Source of the DNA: Candidatus Heimdallarchaeota archaeon
Lineage (GTDB): Archaea; Asgardarchaeota; Heimdallarchaeia; Heimdallarchaeales; Heimdallarchaeaceae
Direction of reading: 5' to 3'
DNA: 14,400 nucleotides
NCBI GenBank assembly: GCA_030668875.1
Contig: DAOVER010000065.1
Coordinates: 1-14,400, forward strand
The notes under the pieces are model-generated. The model made no database searches. It was not told the origin of the DNA and worked only from the letters and a program-made list of their open reading frames with translations. How positions within the stretch are numbered: position 1 is the first letter of the stretch; every line of letters starts with the position of its first letter. Position numbers and translations under genes: made by a program. Shown in pieces: positions 1 to 8,440 of the stretch.

Positions 1-1
1 T

Positions 2-1519
2 GTTAACTCTTATTTTGTACTTAGAGATTCCAATATAAAAGGTTCAACCTATGGAGTGTATGTCGATGGAGGCACTTCTGGTGGAACAACTATTATTAAC
101 TGTACGCTTGAAGGAATTTTTGCAGTCGGTGGGAGCAACGCCAACTATATGACTATTTACAATAATACTCTCAAAGTGAATCAAGGAGATTATTTCAACC
201 CTGGAACTAATTTTACAAAAAACGTTATGTATTCAACAGGAGCTGGTTTTATGGATATCTATGGATATGATTTCATTGTTAAAGATAATGTTTTTTATGG
301 AAACAATTCTGAATTTCAAATTAATAATATAGCTAACTCCATAATAGAAAATAATATTTTGTATAATGGAGGATTTAACGTAGAAATTAGTTCAATATCT
401 GATTTGTTAAATAACTCCTTTGAAAACAATCTAGTGAATGGAAGACCTTTTGGATTATTAGTAAATCTTACAGATACAATAGTTACAGGTAACCAATATG
501 GTCAGATTTACATAGCAAATTCCACAAACACAGAAATTGAAGGTTATTCTTTTGATGATGTTTACGTTGGATTGCAAGTATTTAACTCTACTAACATATC
601 TATAAACAACGTAAACATAACAAGTCGTTATGGTATAACAGTTGAAACAGCTGATGGTCTTTCAATAGAAAATTGTAATTTTTATGGTGAAGATTACGGA
701 ATACAAACTGATTCAGTAGATAATAATCTCATTATTCAAAATAACTATTTTGAAGGATTTAGAGATGCCATTGAACTAGTCTTTTCAGATAAAGTTAAAA
801 TCAAAAACAATACAATAATTGATGCTAAAACAACTGGAATTGTATTGGATGAAGGATCAGACCTAGAAATCATGTTTAATATTATAACATGTTACATTGT
901 TGACGAAGGGTATCAAAGTTGTATAGACCTCTTTGGCTTTGAAACTGCAAGTATATACTATAATGTATTCATTGGACTAGGAAATGAAGAAGCTTATTTA
1001 GTAGAAGAATGGTCCGTGACAAGTGCTGTTTGGTACAATGATTCTCTAGAAATCGGTAACTACTATTCTAATTGGAATGGTTCAGGTTCTTATGCAATAG
1101 AGGGGGATGGTGGATATTCTGATCTCTATCCTTTCATTGACATAGATGAAGATACACTGAATGAGAGTATGGAAGTATTAGTCTATTATACAGATCCATT
1201 TTCAAATGATAGTGATTCTGATGGTTTAACAGATAATGACGAAATTGACATCTACTTTACCAATCCTACTGATGAAGACAGCGATAATGATGGTTTGAAT
1301 GATGGAGAAGAAGTTTTTGTATATCTCACTGACCCATTAAATAACGACACTGATAATGACGGTTTTTCTGATGGCGAGGAAATTGCTGAAGGAACTGATC
1401 CATTAGATGAAAATGATTTTCCTATCTTGATTTCTGAGTTTGGGACAGTATCACTTGTCATTCTTATTGCTACTCTCTTTCCATTATTTTTCGTCATATT
1501 TAATAAAAAGAATAAGTGA
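2..1519 (+). CDS. 5'-truncated cell-surface glycoprotein: right-handed parallel beta-helix (NosD/CASH-like) repeats, 4 TSP3-like repeats, C-terminal TM anchor
   Basis: The frame is open from position 2 (VNSYFVLRDSNIKGSTYGVYVD...), matching the paralog's [22 protein letters not shown], so the GTG at 56 is not the true start. It has repeated 'I.NN.F/I' beta-helix rungs, the motif WYNDSLEIGNYYSNWNG..Y.I.G...D.YP, DxDxDGLxDxxE repeats, many N-x-S/T sequons, and a hydrophobic tail ending NKKNK. Confidence 0.88.
   Translation, partial: VNSYFVLRDSNIKGSTYGVYVDGGTSGGTTIINCTLEGIFAVGGSNANYMTIYNNTLKVNQGDYFNPGTNFTKNVMYSTGAGFMDIYGYDFIVKDNVFYGNNSEFQINNIANSIIENNILYNGGFNVEISSISDLLNNSFENNLVNGRPFGLLVNLTDTIVTGNQYGQIYIANSTNTEIEGYSFDDVYVGLQVFNSTNISINNVNITSRYGITVETADGLSIENCNFYGEDYGIQTDSVDNNLIIQNNYFEGFRDAIELVFSDKVKIKNNTIIDAKTTGIVLDEGSDLEIMFNIITCYIVDEGYQSCIDLFGFETASIYYNVFIGLGNEEAYLVEEWSVTSAVWYNDSLEIGNYYSNWNGSGSYAIEGDGGYSDLYPFIDIDEDTLNESMEVLVYYTDPFSNDSDSDGLTDNDEIDIYFTNPTDEDSDNDGLNDGEEVFVYLTDPLNNDTDNDGFSDGEEIAEGTDPLDENDFPILISEFGTVSLVILIATLFPLFFVIFNKKNK
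1139..1414 (+). repeat. 4 x 69-bp (23-aa) bacterial-type TSP3-like Ca-binding repeats
   Basis: Units start at 1139, 1208, 1277 and 1346: DIDEDTLNESME.., [12 protein letters not shown].., DSDNDGLNDGEE.., DTDNDGFSDGEE.. Confidence 0.85.
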
Positions 1520-1523
1520 TTTA

Positions 1524-1546
1524 TTCTTTTTCTCTTTTCTTTTTTT
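1524..1546 (+). terminator. Polypyrimidine/oligo-T archaeal terminator
   Basis: A 23-nt pure T/C tract begins 5 nt after the TGA stop at 1519. Confidence 0.7.
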
Positions 1547-1742
1547 AACTCAAATTCTGTCATTTCTTTAATTATTTTGAGTATAAGTTTTATTTACAAA
1601 AAGGTTTACTCTATTATTCCAGCTTAACATTTGGTCTGTTATTAATATGTGCAGTTATTACCATATAAGATTTGAGAATAAAAAGGGAGAAGAAATTTAT
1701 TCCAAAGGATTAATGTTTTTGATGATTCGAAGCAACAATGGA

Positions 1743-1769
1743 TTATAAAACAAGATTTAAAAGAATCTT
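1743..1769 (+). promoter_or_regulatory. Putative TATA box (TTATAAAA, 1743-1750) followed by inverted repeat AAGATT-N6-AATCTT (1752-1769)
   Basis: It lies 34-41 nt upstream of ATG 1784. The perfect 6-bp arms are read directly from the sequence. Confidence 0.4.
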
Positions 1770-1783
1770 CAAGAGTAGGTAGC

Positions 1784-3766
1784 ATGAACATGAAAAACAA
1801 CAAATTCTCTTTTGTATCAATAAGAAATGTAATTATGTTTTTTATTGTATTTAGTCTAGTTTTTCAAGTAACCAACCTTAGTCTTGCTGAACTAGAAGGT
1901 GAAAATGATCCAAATAAAGAACTTAACCTAGCTTCTACCGATGGTATAGTTATAGGCGATGCAAATATCACTTTATACACCTCAGGTGGTAGTGGTAATG
2001 CAGGTGACCCCTATATAATCGAAGATTTGCATGTGAATACAACTGATAAATATGCATTGTATTTCGATTCAGTCACACACTATTTTGAAGTGAGAGATTC
2101 AACATTGTTTGGTGATGGTTATGGAATGTACGTTAAAAATCCTGGTGCTCACTTTGAAGTAATAAATTCGACTTTTATAGGTGGTACTTATGGTGTCTAT
2201 ATCTCAACTGGATTTGTGTTAGATATAGCAAATTTTAACGACTGCTACATAGAAGGATCTCTTTCAATAGGTGGATCAAACGTTCATGGATTGAACATCC
2301 ACCATAGCACGATGGTTCACAATCAAGGAACAACTTATTATAGTAGACTGAATTTCACAAACAATATTGTTTATGCACGTGGAAGATCGTTAATGGGAAT
2401 ACAACATTATGACAATATAGTGAAAAATAACATTTTCTATGGTAATAATTCCTACTTCAGAAATATGAGAGCAGTGAATTCAACAATCGAAGATAATGTC
2501 TTCTACAACTCAAGTTTTTACATTTATGATGATGATTTGGCAGATATGCTGAGCAATACTTATTCTAATAATGCAATTAATGGTAAACCCTTTGGTTTTC
2601 TTTATGATATCTCAGATACAACAATTACAGATGAATATGGTCAAATATACTTGCTTAATTCAGATAATGTAGAAATTAGTAATGTTGATTTTGTAAACGT
2701 TTATATGGGAATACAAGCGTTTAACTGTTCAAACTTGCTTATTGAAAGTGTAACTGTGATTGGCTACAATGGGATCGTACTAGAATTCGTGAATAATCTA
2801 GTAGTTAAAGATTCAACCTTTTATTGCTATAGTACAGGTATATATATATCCAACGTAGAAGACTTAACTGTTCAAAATAACTATTACGAAGGATATTCCT
2901 ATGGCTTCGAGATCTATAATTTCGTAAATTACAAAATTAACAACAATACTATCTATTATTCTATGGAATATGGTGTATATTTCGAAAATGGAGTAGAAGG
3001 TGAATTAAAGTATAATATAATCATTTGTGAGATAGAGGATGAAGGAAGCCAGTTGCCTGTCTATCTTTGGGATATATATAATACGACTATATACTATAAT
3101 GTTTTCATTGGTTTAGGAAATGAAACAGCTTATCTAGCATATGCAGAATCTTGCGCCAACTTAACATGGTATGATCCTGTACTAGAAATAGGTAATTTCT
3201 GGTCAAGTTGGAACCAATCTGGAAGTTATTATATTGAAGGAGATGGTTATGAGGATCTATATCCAATGATAGACTTTGACGAAGATACTTTGAATGAAAC
3301 AATGGAAGTATTGGTATACTTTACAGATCCCTTCAATAGTGACAGCGATTCTGATGGATTAACTGACGATGAAGAGATCCTTACATATGGGACTGATCCT
3401 AATGATGAAGATGGGGACGATGATAACCTATCAGATGGTGAAGAAGTTCTAGTTTATGGTAGTGATCCTCAGAATAACGACACTGATTCAGATGGTCTAG
3501 ATGATGGGGAAGAGGTTCTTATTTATGAAACATCACCAACAAATAACGACACTGATTCTGATGGTTTTTCAGATTTTGAAGAAGTAGAAGCTGGAACTGA
3601 TCCTTTAAACTCTTCAAGTTTTCCATATCTGGAACCACCTAATACTCCATCTTACCTTGGTCTTATCTTAGGTCTAACAGGAGGATTTCTAGCAGTAGCT
3701 GGTGCGACTGTTTATGTTCTAATAAAGAAAGGTGTAATTAAGCTTCCAAAGAAAATAACAAAATAA
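1784..3766 (+). CDS. Cell-surface glycoprotein: signal peptide, parallel beta-helix (NosD-like) repeats, 5 TSP3-like repeats, C-terminal TM anchor; paralog of the upstream gene
   Basis: Basic-then-hydrophobic N-terminus (MNMKNNK...[12 protein letters not shown]), [12 protein letters not shown] motif, beta-helix rungs, [16 protein letters not shown] motif, DxDxDGLxDGEE repeats and TM segment [25 protein letters not shown]. It is collinear with the 2..1519 protein. Confidence 0.9.
   Translation: MNMKNNKFSFVSIRNVIMFFIVFSLVFQVTNLSLAELEGENDPNKELNLASTDGIVIGDANITLYTSGGSGNAGDPYIIEDLHVNTTDKYALYFDSVTHYFEVRDSTLFGDGYGMYVKNPGAHFEVINSTFIGGTYGVYISTGFVLDIANFNDCYIEGSLSIGGSNVHGLNIHHSTMVHNQGTTYYSRLNFTNNIVYARGRSLMGIQHYDNIVKNNIFYGNNSYFRNMRAVNSTIEDNVFYNSSFYIYDDDLADMLSNTYSNNAINGKPFGFLYDISDTTITDEYGQIYLLNSDNVEISNVDFVNVYMGIQAFNCSNLLIESVTVIGYNGIVLEFVNNLVVKDSTFYCYSTGIYISNVEDLTVQNNYYEGYSYGFEIYNFVNYKINNNTIYYSMEYGVYFENGVEGELKYNIIICEIEDEGSQLPVYLWDIYNTTIYYNVFIGLGNETAYLAYAESCANLTWYDPVLEIGNFWSSWNQSGSYYIEGDGYEDLYPMIDFDEDTLNETMEVLVYFTDPFNSDSDSDGLTDDEEILTYGTDPNDEDGDDDNLSDGEEVLVYGSDPQNNDTDSDGLDDGEEVLIYETSPTNNDTDSDGFSDFEEVEAGTDPLNSSSFPYLEPPNTPSYLGLILGLTGGFLAVAGATVYVLIKKGVIKLPKKITK
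3272..3616 (+). repeat. 5 x 69-bp (23-aa) TSP3-like Ca-binding repeats
   Basis: Units start at 3272, 3341, 3410, 3479 and 3548. AATAACGACACTGATTC recurs at 3473 and 3542. Confidence 0.85.
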
Positions 3767-3769
3767 TTA

Positions 3770-3792
3770 CTTCCTTTTTTTCTTTTCTTTTC
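3770..3792 (+). terminator. Polypyrimidine/oligo-T terminator
   Basis: A 23-nt pure T/C tract begins 4 nt after the TAA at 3766. Confidence 0.7.
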
Positions 3793-3879
3793 ACAATTTC
3801 CTTTATTCCCTAACTTATGGCCCTTTTGTATAGATATTTAAGGAATAAACTTATTGTATAAGCTTAAGGAGTTGTTAAG

Positions 3880-4749
3880 ATGGAAGAAGAATTCAGTGAT
3901 GAGCTACCAAAAGAAGAGCTTAGTGATGATGTAAAGGAAGAGCTTGAAGAAGAGCTTGAAGAAGAAGTAGAAGAGTTCAGTGACGATGAAAAAGAAGAGC
4001 TTGAAGAAGAGCTTGAGGAGAAAGAAGAAGAGATCAGCGATGATGAAAAAGAAGAGCTAGAAGAAGAGCTTGAGGAACTTATTGAAGAAGTGGAAGAAGA
4101 AATCGAAGATCAACCTGAAGAACCAGTAGACGAACTTGTCGAGGAACTTAAAGAAATTGCCGAAGATGAAGATGACATAGCAGAAATCGAGGAAGAATCT
4201 GTTGAAGAAGTCATTGAAGAATCTGTAGAAGATGTGGTAGAAGAAATTCTAGAAGAAATGGACGAAGAACCAGTAGAAGAAGATGTTATTGAAGAAATTG
4301 TCGAAGATATTGTAGAAGTAGAAGACAAATCTGAAGAAATAACAGAGAAAGCAGAACCTATAGTAGAAGGAATAGCTGAAGAAATTGTTAAGCTAGGTGG
4401 GAAGCTTCAAATTACACTCTTAGATGTTCAAGGAGAAGTTATTCCTTATGGATATCATCTATTAAAAAACAAGTTAGTGATCAAAGAAGACGAAGCCATG
4501 AAGGTTAAAGTGGTATATTCTTGGTTTTATGGTCAAGAGAAGAGTTTAGAAGAAATATCAACTGCTACAAGATTAACAATTGAACAAATTGAAGAAATAC
4601 TCGGAAATCCGATATATTTTGGAAAGATTTTCTTTGAAGATACAGTTACGTTAGGTGATCATCAACCAATACTTACTGAAACCTATTGTAGGATAAACAA
4701 AATCGATGCTACAAAGATAGAGGAAGAATATCTTTCATCAAAAGTATAA
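3880..4749 (+). CDS. Hypothetical protein: very acidic low-complexity N-terminus (~165 aa) plus C-terminal globular domain with an HTH-like segment
   Basis: AAGGAG lies at 3866-3871, upstream of the ATG. About 88 of the first 150 residues are D/E (hand count). The C-terminal VVYSWFYGQEKSLEEISTATRLTIEQIEEIL resembles a sigma70-region-4-type HTH pattern. Confidence 0.8.
   Translation: MEEEFSDELPKEELSDDVKEELEEELEEEVEEFSDDEKEELEEELEEKEEEISDDEKEELEEELEELIEEVEEEIEDQPEEPVDELVEELKEIAEDEDDIAEIEEESVEEVIEESVEDVVEEILEEMDEEPVEEDVIEEIVEDIVEVEDKSEEITEKAEPIVEGIAEEIVKLGGKLQITLLDVQGEVIPYGYHLLKNKLVIKEDEAMKVKVVYSWFYGQEKSLEEISTATRLTIEQIEEILGNPIYFGKIFFEDTVTLGDHQPILTETYCRINKIDATKIEEEYLSSKV
3913..4083 (+). repeat. 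3 x 57-bp (19-aa) in-frame tandem repeat EE[LFI]SDD[VE]KEELEEELEE..
   Basis: Units are 3913-3969, 3970-4026 and 4027-4083. A partial unit (EEFSDE) precedes them at the N-terminus. Confidence 0.9.
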
Positions 4750-4771
4750 AAACGTCAATTGAGAAAATTCA

Positions 4772-4799
4772 TTTTTATTTTTTTCTTTTTTACTTTTTT
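4772..4799 (+). terminator. Oligo-T terminator between convergent genes
   Basis: A T-rich tract lies 23 nt after the stop at 4749. Confidence 0.6.
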
Positions 4800-4805
4800 A
4801 CTATT

Positions 4806-5171
4806 TCAAGCCAAATAATCTATTGTTTCATATCTCCTTATTACTTCTTTTTTCTCTTCAATATCTGCTTTCTTGTGTTCCAAATCCCAAACTGTAACCT
4901 CTTTTATTTCTTGCCAATCGAGAAAGGAGATTTTAGCTATAGAAATTTTTTTGTTTTCATCCATGATTATTTTCGCTTCTTCAATCAGTTTTTCAACAGT
5001 TATCCTGATTTGAAGATAATGAGTAAACTGATGATAGCTATGCCAGAATTCTTTGAATAAATCATTCATAGAAACCTCACCTTTATCCAGCAATAATTCC
5101 TCAATTTTCTCTTCTAGAACCCTTTTTGTTAGTTCCCTTAATTCTTCTGTGTCTCCCCAGAGATGTGGCAT
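4806..5171 (-). CDS. Small hypothetical protein, probable winged-helix fold
   Basis: 121-aa ORF filling the gap between flanking genes. The pattern helix (LEEKIEELLLDKG), EVSMNDLFKEF, recognition helix (LQIRITVEKLIEEA), beta-wing (KIIMDENKKISI) is typical of wHTH. A TATA-like TTTAATAG lies ~30-38 nt upstream. Confidence 0.65.
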   Translation of the reverse strand: MPHLWGDTEELRELTKRVLEEKIEELLLDKGEVSMNDLFKEFWHSYHQFTHYLQIRITVEKLIEEAKIIMDENKKISIAKISFLDWQEIKEVTVWDLEHKKADIEEKKEVIRRYETIDYLA

Positions 5172-5268
5172 ATTACTTTCAGAAATCTCTCTTTGTTGAA
5201 ACTATTAAAGAACAAAAGAAAGAAGAAGACAGATGGTTGAAATTATTCTACTACCGAATACTAGCATT

Positions 5269-5280
5269 AACTATAAATAT
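5269..5280 (+). promoter_or_regulatory. TATA box (AACTATAAATAT) for the S8 protease gene
   Basis: TATAAATA at 5272-5279, ~45 nt upstream of GTG 5324. The same 12-mer precedes the 13522-14319 gene on the minus strand. Confidence 0.55.
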
Positions 5281-5323
5281 CCAAAAGATACTTTTGATAC
5301 AAAAACAATTCGAGGTCCTTATA

Positions 5324-8188
5324 GTGATAAAAAAGAGAAATTTAGTTTCAATTTTTATATTAATTATTTTCTTGAGTAGTCTTGGGATTTCAGTTATTTC
5401 TGCAGAAACAAATTCAGCAACTTCTGTAAATATAGCTGATAACATCTCCAAAATCTCCTCATTTTCTTCAGAGGAAAGCATGGTAGATTATAGGATAGTT
5501 CAGATTGATGAACACCAAAATCTAGATGGAAACATCTTCCAAGACAGCTTTGAATCAAAATTATTGGAAAGTGAAAAAACAGTAATTTTCGATGCTATAC
5601 TATCATTTGATAGACAAGTAGGTGATGATGAGCAGATTTTTCTCTCAAAAAACGATATTGAGATCGTTTCAGAATACGATGTTATTTACGGAATGCATGT
5701 AAGAGGAACTGCTGAGTCTCTTCTTCGACTAACTGATTTGAAAAATGCTCTTTACATTGAAGAAAATTCTGTAGGTGAGGCATTACTCTACAATGTTACA
5801 GAACAGTTTGGAATTAGAAATATCTGGCAAGCTTCCTTAGGAATGGGGTATACAGGTAACTCTGATAAAGCAATAGCTATTATGGATACAGGTATAGATG
5901 ACACTCATTTAGATTCAGCTTTTACTCTTGCTTATTGGCAAGATTTCGTTGGAGCAAACGCTTCACTATCTAGTCCCGTTTATTATCCTACTGCTACAGA
6001 CCTAGCTGAGCATGGTACACATTGTGCAAGCATTGCTGCATCTTCAGGAGCTCAAACAACAACCGGAGCTTGGAAAGTAACCGATTCAGGATTCTTTCCA
6101 ATAACAGATGGTTGGCACTATTATGGAACTGGATTTTACATTCCAACAGCTCAAACAGTAACAATAAATTTCTCCTGGTCAAACTCCGGTGGTACAGTAT
6201 ATGTTGGTTTTGAAGATGAATTAGGAGTAGATGTAGCTAATAATTACTTTAGTCCTGCAAGTGGAGGAGTAGGAACATTTTCTTATTCGATTTCATCTGC
6301 TGGTTGGTACTGGCCTTATTATGGAAGTGTTTCAGGAGAAGCAGGTAATTTCTATTCTGCTGAAGTGGCATATAATTCAGGTTGGACAAATCCTTATACC
6401 GATGGAAGAGGACCTTTCACAGGTGTAGCTCCTGATAGCCAGATTGTAGGATTAAAGGTTTTAGATGATTTTGGAATAACATATACTTCTCAATTCTTAT
6501 TAGGTTTGGATTGGTTGTATAACAATGGTCAAGATTATGATGTGACTGTGGCGAGTATGAGTTTGGGTTTTGGACAAATTGTATCTTCTGTGGATACAGC
6601 TATCACAAATATTGTGAGAAACAAAGGTATTGTTTGTGTAGCAGCTGCTGGTAATGGTGGAACCTCAGCTGGAGGTATATTCTCTCCAGCTTCATGTGTT
6701 GATGTAATTTCTGTTGGTGCGGTAAATAAAGCTAATGAAATTGCTTATTACAGCAGTGTTGGTACTGCACTTTACCCACATATTGATGTTGTAGCTCCAG
6801 GAGGGTCATTGGCTTACAGTGGCAGTGCAGCTCCATATCAACCTATTATAGCTGGAGATTCTAATGATGGAGATGAAGCATATAGTTATGTAACCTCTTC
6901 ATATCAAACACCTGGAATAGATTATTACAGTAACAACTTTCGAGGAATGCAAGGGACAAGTATGGCCTGCCCATTTGTTGCTGGAGTAGCTCAACTAGTT
7001 ATTGATGCTATGATTGATGCTGGTGATTGGGAGTACTCTTGGGCTGTTGCTAAGAAAGTTAAACAAATAATCTGTATGGGCACATCAGAATTAAGAAATC
7101 TAGAAGCAACTTTAGCTAATGGAGGAGAAACCTATGATGGTGATGGACCTGGTGGTGTTGGTGATGGAATCCCTCAAGTTACTCCTATTAATCGAGTAAC
7201 AAAGGACTACACTGAAGGATGGGGGTCAATTTATCCTATTGCAGCCATTGAAGCGGTTACAAGTTGGATGTCTGTAGGAGTACCAGAAACTGTTTCTCTT
7301 TCAGGTAAATTGGGTGAAACACGTGTTATCATCAGACAGGTAAATCTCGAGAGTGGTACCCTTTATCGAATGGAAGGAAACTTTACAGTGACGAACTTCA
7401 TCGATGCAGATCTACTGCTTTTCAAAGAAAGTCCAAGTGAAACTGGTGATCCTATGCTTTATGCCGCTTGTACTTTAGGAATTGTTGCAAATGAATCATT
7501 GATTTTCAATGTTCCAGAAGACGGTACATATTATTTTGTTGTTAAGTGGGTCGATGGTAGTTATCAAGGGGATTGTAAGTTTTCTATTGAACGTATCATC
7601 AGCCTCCAATCGCATAATTATGGAGACATTCTACAATCTGGCACAAAAATCTCTTTTGATATTGATACAATAAGTCTAACATCATTGACCTATAAGTGGG
7701 ATACTAATGCTCCAGCAGTCTTAAACTCCCCCTATGAAGTTTACCTTCCTGTAGGTGACGGAGAACATGCTGTAACAATATATATGATTGATACTTGGGG
7801 AAACAATGCAGAAATTTTCTATGCATTCATTACAGATGATACGAAACCTCTCATACTCTTAGATGGTGTTTCAAATAATGATGAAATAACTGCAACACAA
7901 AATATCTCTGTGAATATCGTTGAAGCTCATCTCCAAGGAGTGGTTTATCACTGGGATACAAGCAGTGATCAAGCTTGGGAAGAACCTTACACAACTACTG
8001 CTCCTAAAAGTGTAGGAACCCATACTTTATCCGTAACAGCAACGGATATAGCAGGAAACCAAGAAACAACAATTTTCACTTTTGAAATTATCGGATCAAC
8101 AGATCCTACTGGTGATTTCATGATACCTGTATTTGTTGCTATAATCTCACTGATGTTGGTTGCAGTAGTTCAAAGAAAGAAAAAGTAA
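5324..8188 (+). CDS. Membrane-anchored S8 (subtilisin-like) serine protease with propeptide, inserted beta-sandwich, C-terminal PPC-like and two Ig-like domains
   Basis: Catalytic motifs are AIMDTGID (Asp 5885), EHGTHCASIA (His 6011), AAAGNGG (oxyanion Asn) and GTSMACPFVAG (Ser 6959). The start is reassigned from TTG 5126 to in-frame GTG 5324, which has GAGGT at 5312-5316 and gives a signal peptide MIKKRNLVSIFILIIFLSSLGISVISA. The C-terminal TM ends RKKK. Confidence 0.95.
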   Translation: MIKKRNLVSIFILIIFLSSLGISVISAETNSATSVNIADNISKISSFSSEESMVDYRIVQIDEHQNLDGNIFQDSFESKLLESEKTVIFDAILSFDRQVGDDEQIFLSKNDIEIVSEYDVIYGMHVRGTAESLLRLTDLKNALYIEENSVGEALLYNVTEQFGIRNIWQASLGMGYTGNSDKAIAIMDTGIDDTHLDSAFTLAYWQDFVGANASLSSPVYYPTATDLAEHGTHCASIAASSGAQTTTGAWKVTDSGFFPITDGWHYYGTGFYIPTAQTVTINFSWSNSGGTVYVGFEDELGVDVANNYFSPASGGVGTFSYSISSAGWYWPYYGSVSGEAGNFYSAEVAYNSGWTNPYTDGRGPFTGVAPDSQIVGLKVLDDFGITYTSQFLLGLDWLYNNGQDYDVTVASMSLGFGQIVSSVDTAITNIVRNKGIVCVAAAGNGGTSAGGIFSPASCVDVISVGAVNKANEIAYYSSVGTALYPHIDVVAPGGSLAYSGSAAPYQPIIAGDSNDGDEAYSYVTSSYQTPGIDYYSNNFRGMQGTSMACPFVAGVAQLVIDAMIDAGDWEYSWAVAKKVKQIICMGTSELRNLEATLANGGETYDGDGPGGVGDGIPQVTPINRVTKDYTEGWGSIYPIAAIEAVTSWMSVGVPETVSLSGKLGETRVIIRQVNLESGTLYRMEGNFTVTNFIDADLLLFKESPSETGDPMLYAACTLGIVANESLIFNVPEDGTYYFVVKWVDGSYQGDCKFSIERIISLQSHNYGDILQSGTKISFDIDTISLTSLTYKWDTNAPAVLNSPYEVYLPVGDGEHAVTIYMIDTWGNNAEIFYAFITDDTKPLILLDGVSNNDEITATQNISVNIVEAHLQGVVYHWDTSSDQAWEEPYTTTAPKSVGTHTLSVTATDIAGNQETTIFTFEIIGSTDPTGDFMIPVFVAIISLMLVAVVQRKKK

Positions 8189-8223
8189 TTTTTCTTTTTT
8201 ATTCTCTTTTCTCTTTCTCTTCC
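8189..8223 (+). terminator. Polypyrimidine/oligo-T terminator
   Basis: A 35-nt T/C tract with a single A directly follows the TAA at 8188. Confidence 0.75.
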
Positions 8224-8440
8224 ATCAAAATGATTGTCATTCAAAAGATTAGATTTAAAAATTCTATTGTAAATTGTACTTCGTTGAGAAAAATGATTTA
8301 GTTACCCCTGGCGGAAGAAATTGAAGAAAATTGCATAGAATGATTTCTCAACTTTACACAATAAAGATACAATATTATTTTCTTCTAGTATTGATTTTTC
8401 TCTTATCTTTCCATCAAAATGATTATTAATATCAAAATGA
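8207..8440. repeat. Imperfect ~29-bp direct repeat (exact 16-bp core TTCCATCAAAATGATT at 8220-8235 and 8409-8424) plus a third ATCAAAATGA at 8431-8440
   Basis: Read directly from the sequence. Both copies follow a TTTTCTCTT tract, and the core contains the palindrome ATCA-AAA-TGAT. Confidence 0.75.

Noticed and set aside
56-58. GTG start assigned by the ORF track for the first gene
   Set aside because: The frame is open to the window edge and homology to the paralog continues upstream, so the gene is 5'-truncated.
1548-1582. Inverted repeat ACTCAAA...TTTGAGT
   Set aside because: The 7-bp AT-rich arms with a 21-nt loop are expected by chance.
2-3766. Paralog pair as a diversity-generating retroelement TR/VR or invertible cassette
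   Set aside because: No reverse transcriptase or recombinase is in the window, and I saw no near-identical segment with adenine-specific mismatches or flanking inverted repeats.
1139-4083. 69-bp and 57-bp periodic repeats as a possible CRISPR array
   Set aside because: They are in-frame coding repeats with synonymous divergence, no unique spacers and no cas genes.
4110-4328. Ser/Thr-rich 72-aa minus-strand ORF
   Set aside because: It is an antisense shadow of the GAA/GAT-rich acidic gene.
5126-5323. N-terminal 66 codons of the 1020-aa S8 ORF
   Set aside because: They overlap the divergent gene at 4806-5171 and contain promoter elements. GTG 5324 has an SD motif and yields a proper signal peptide.
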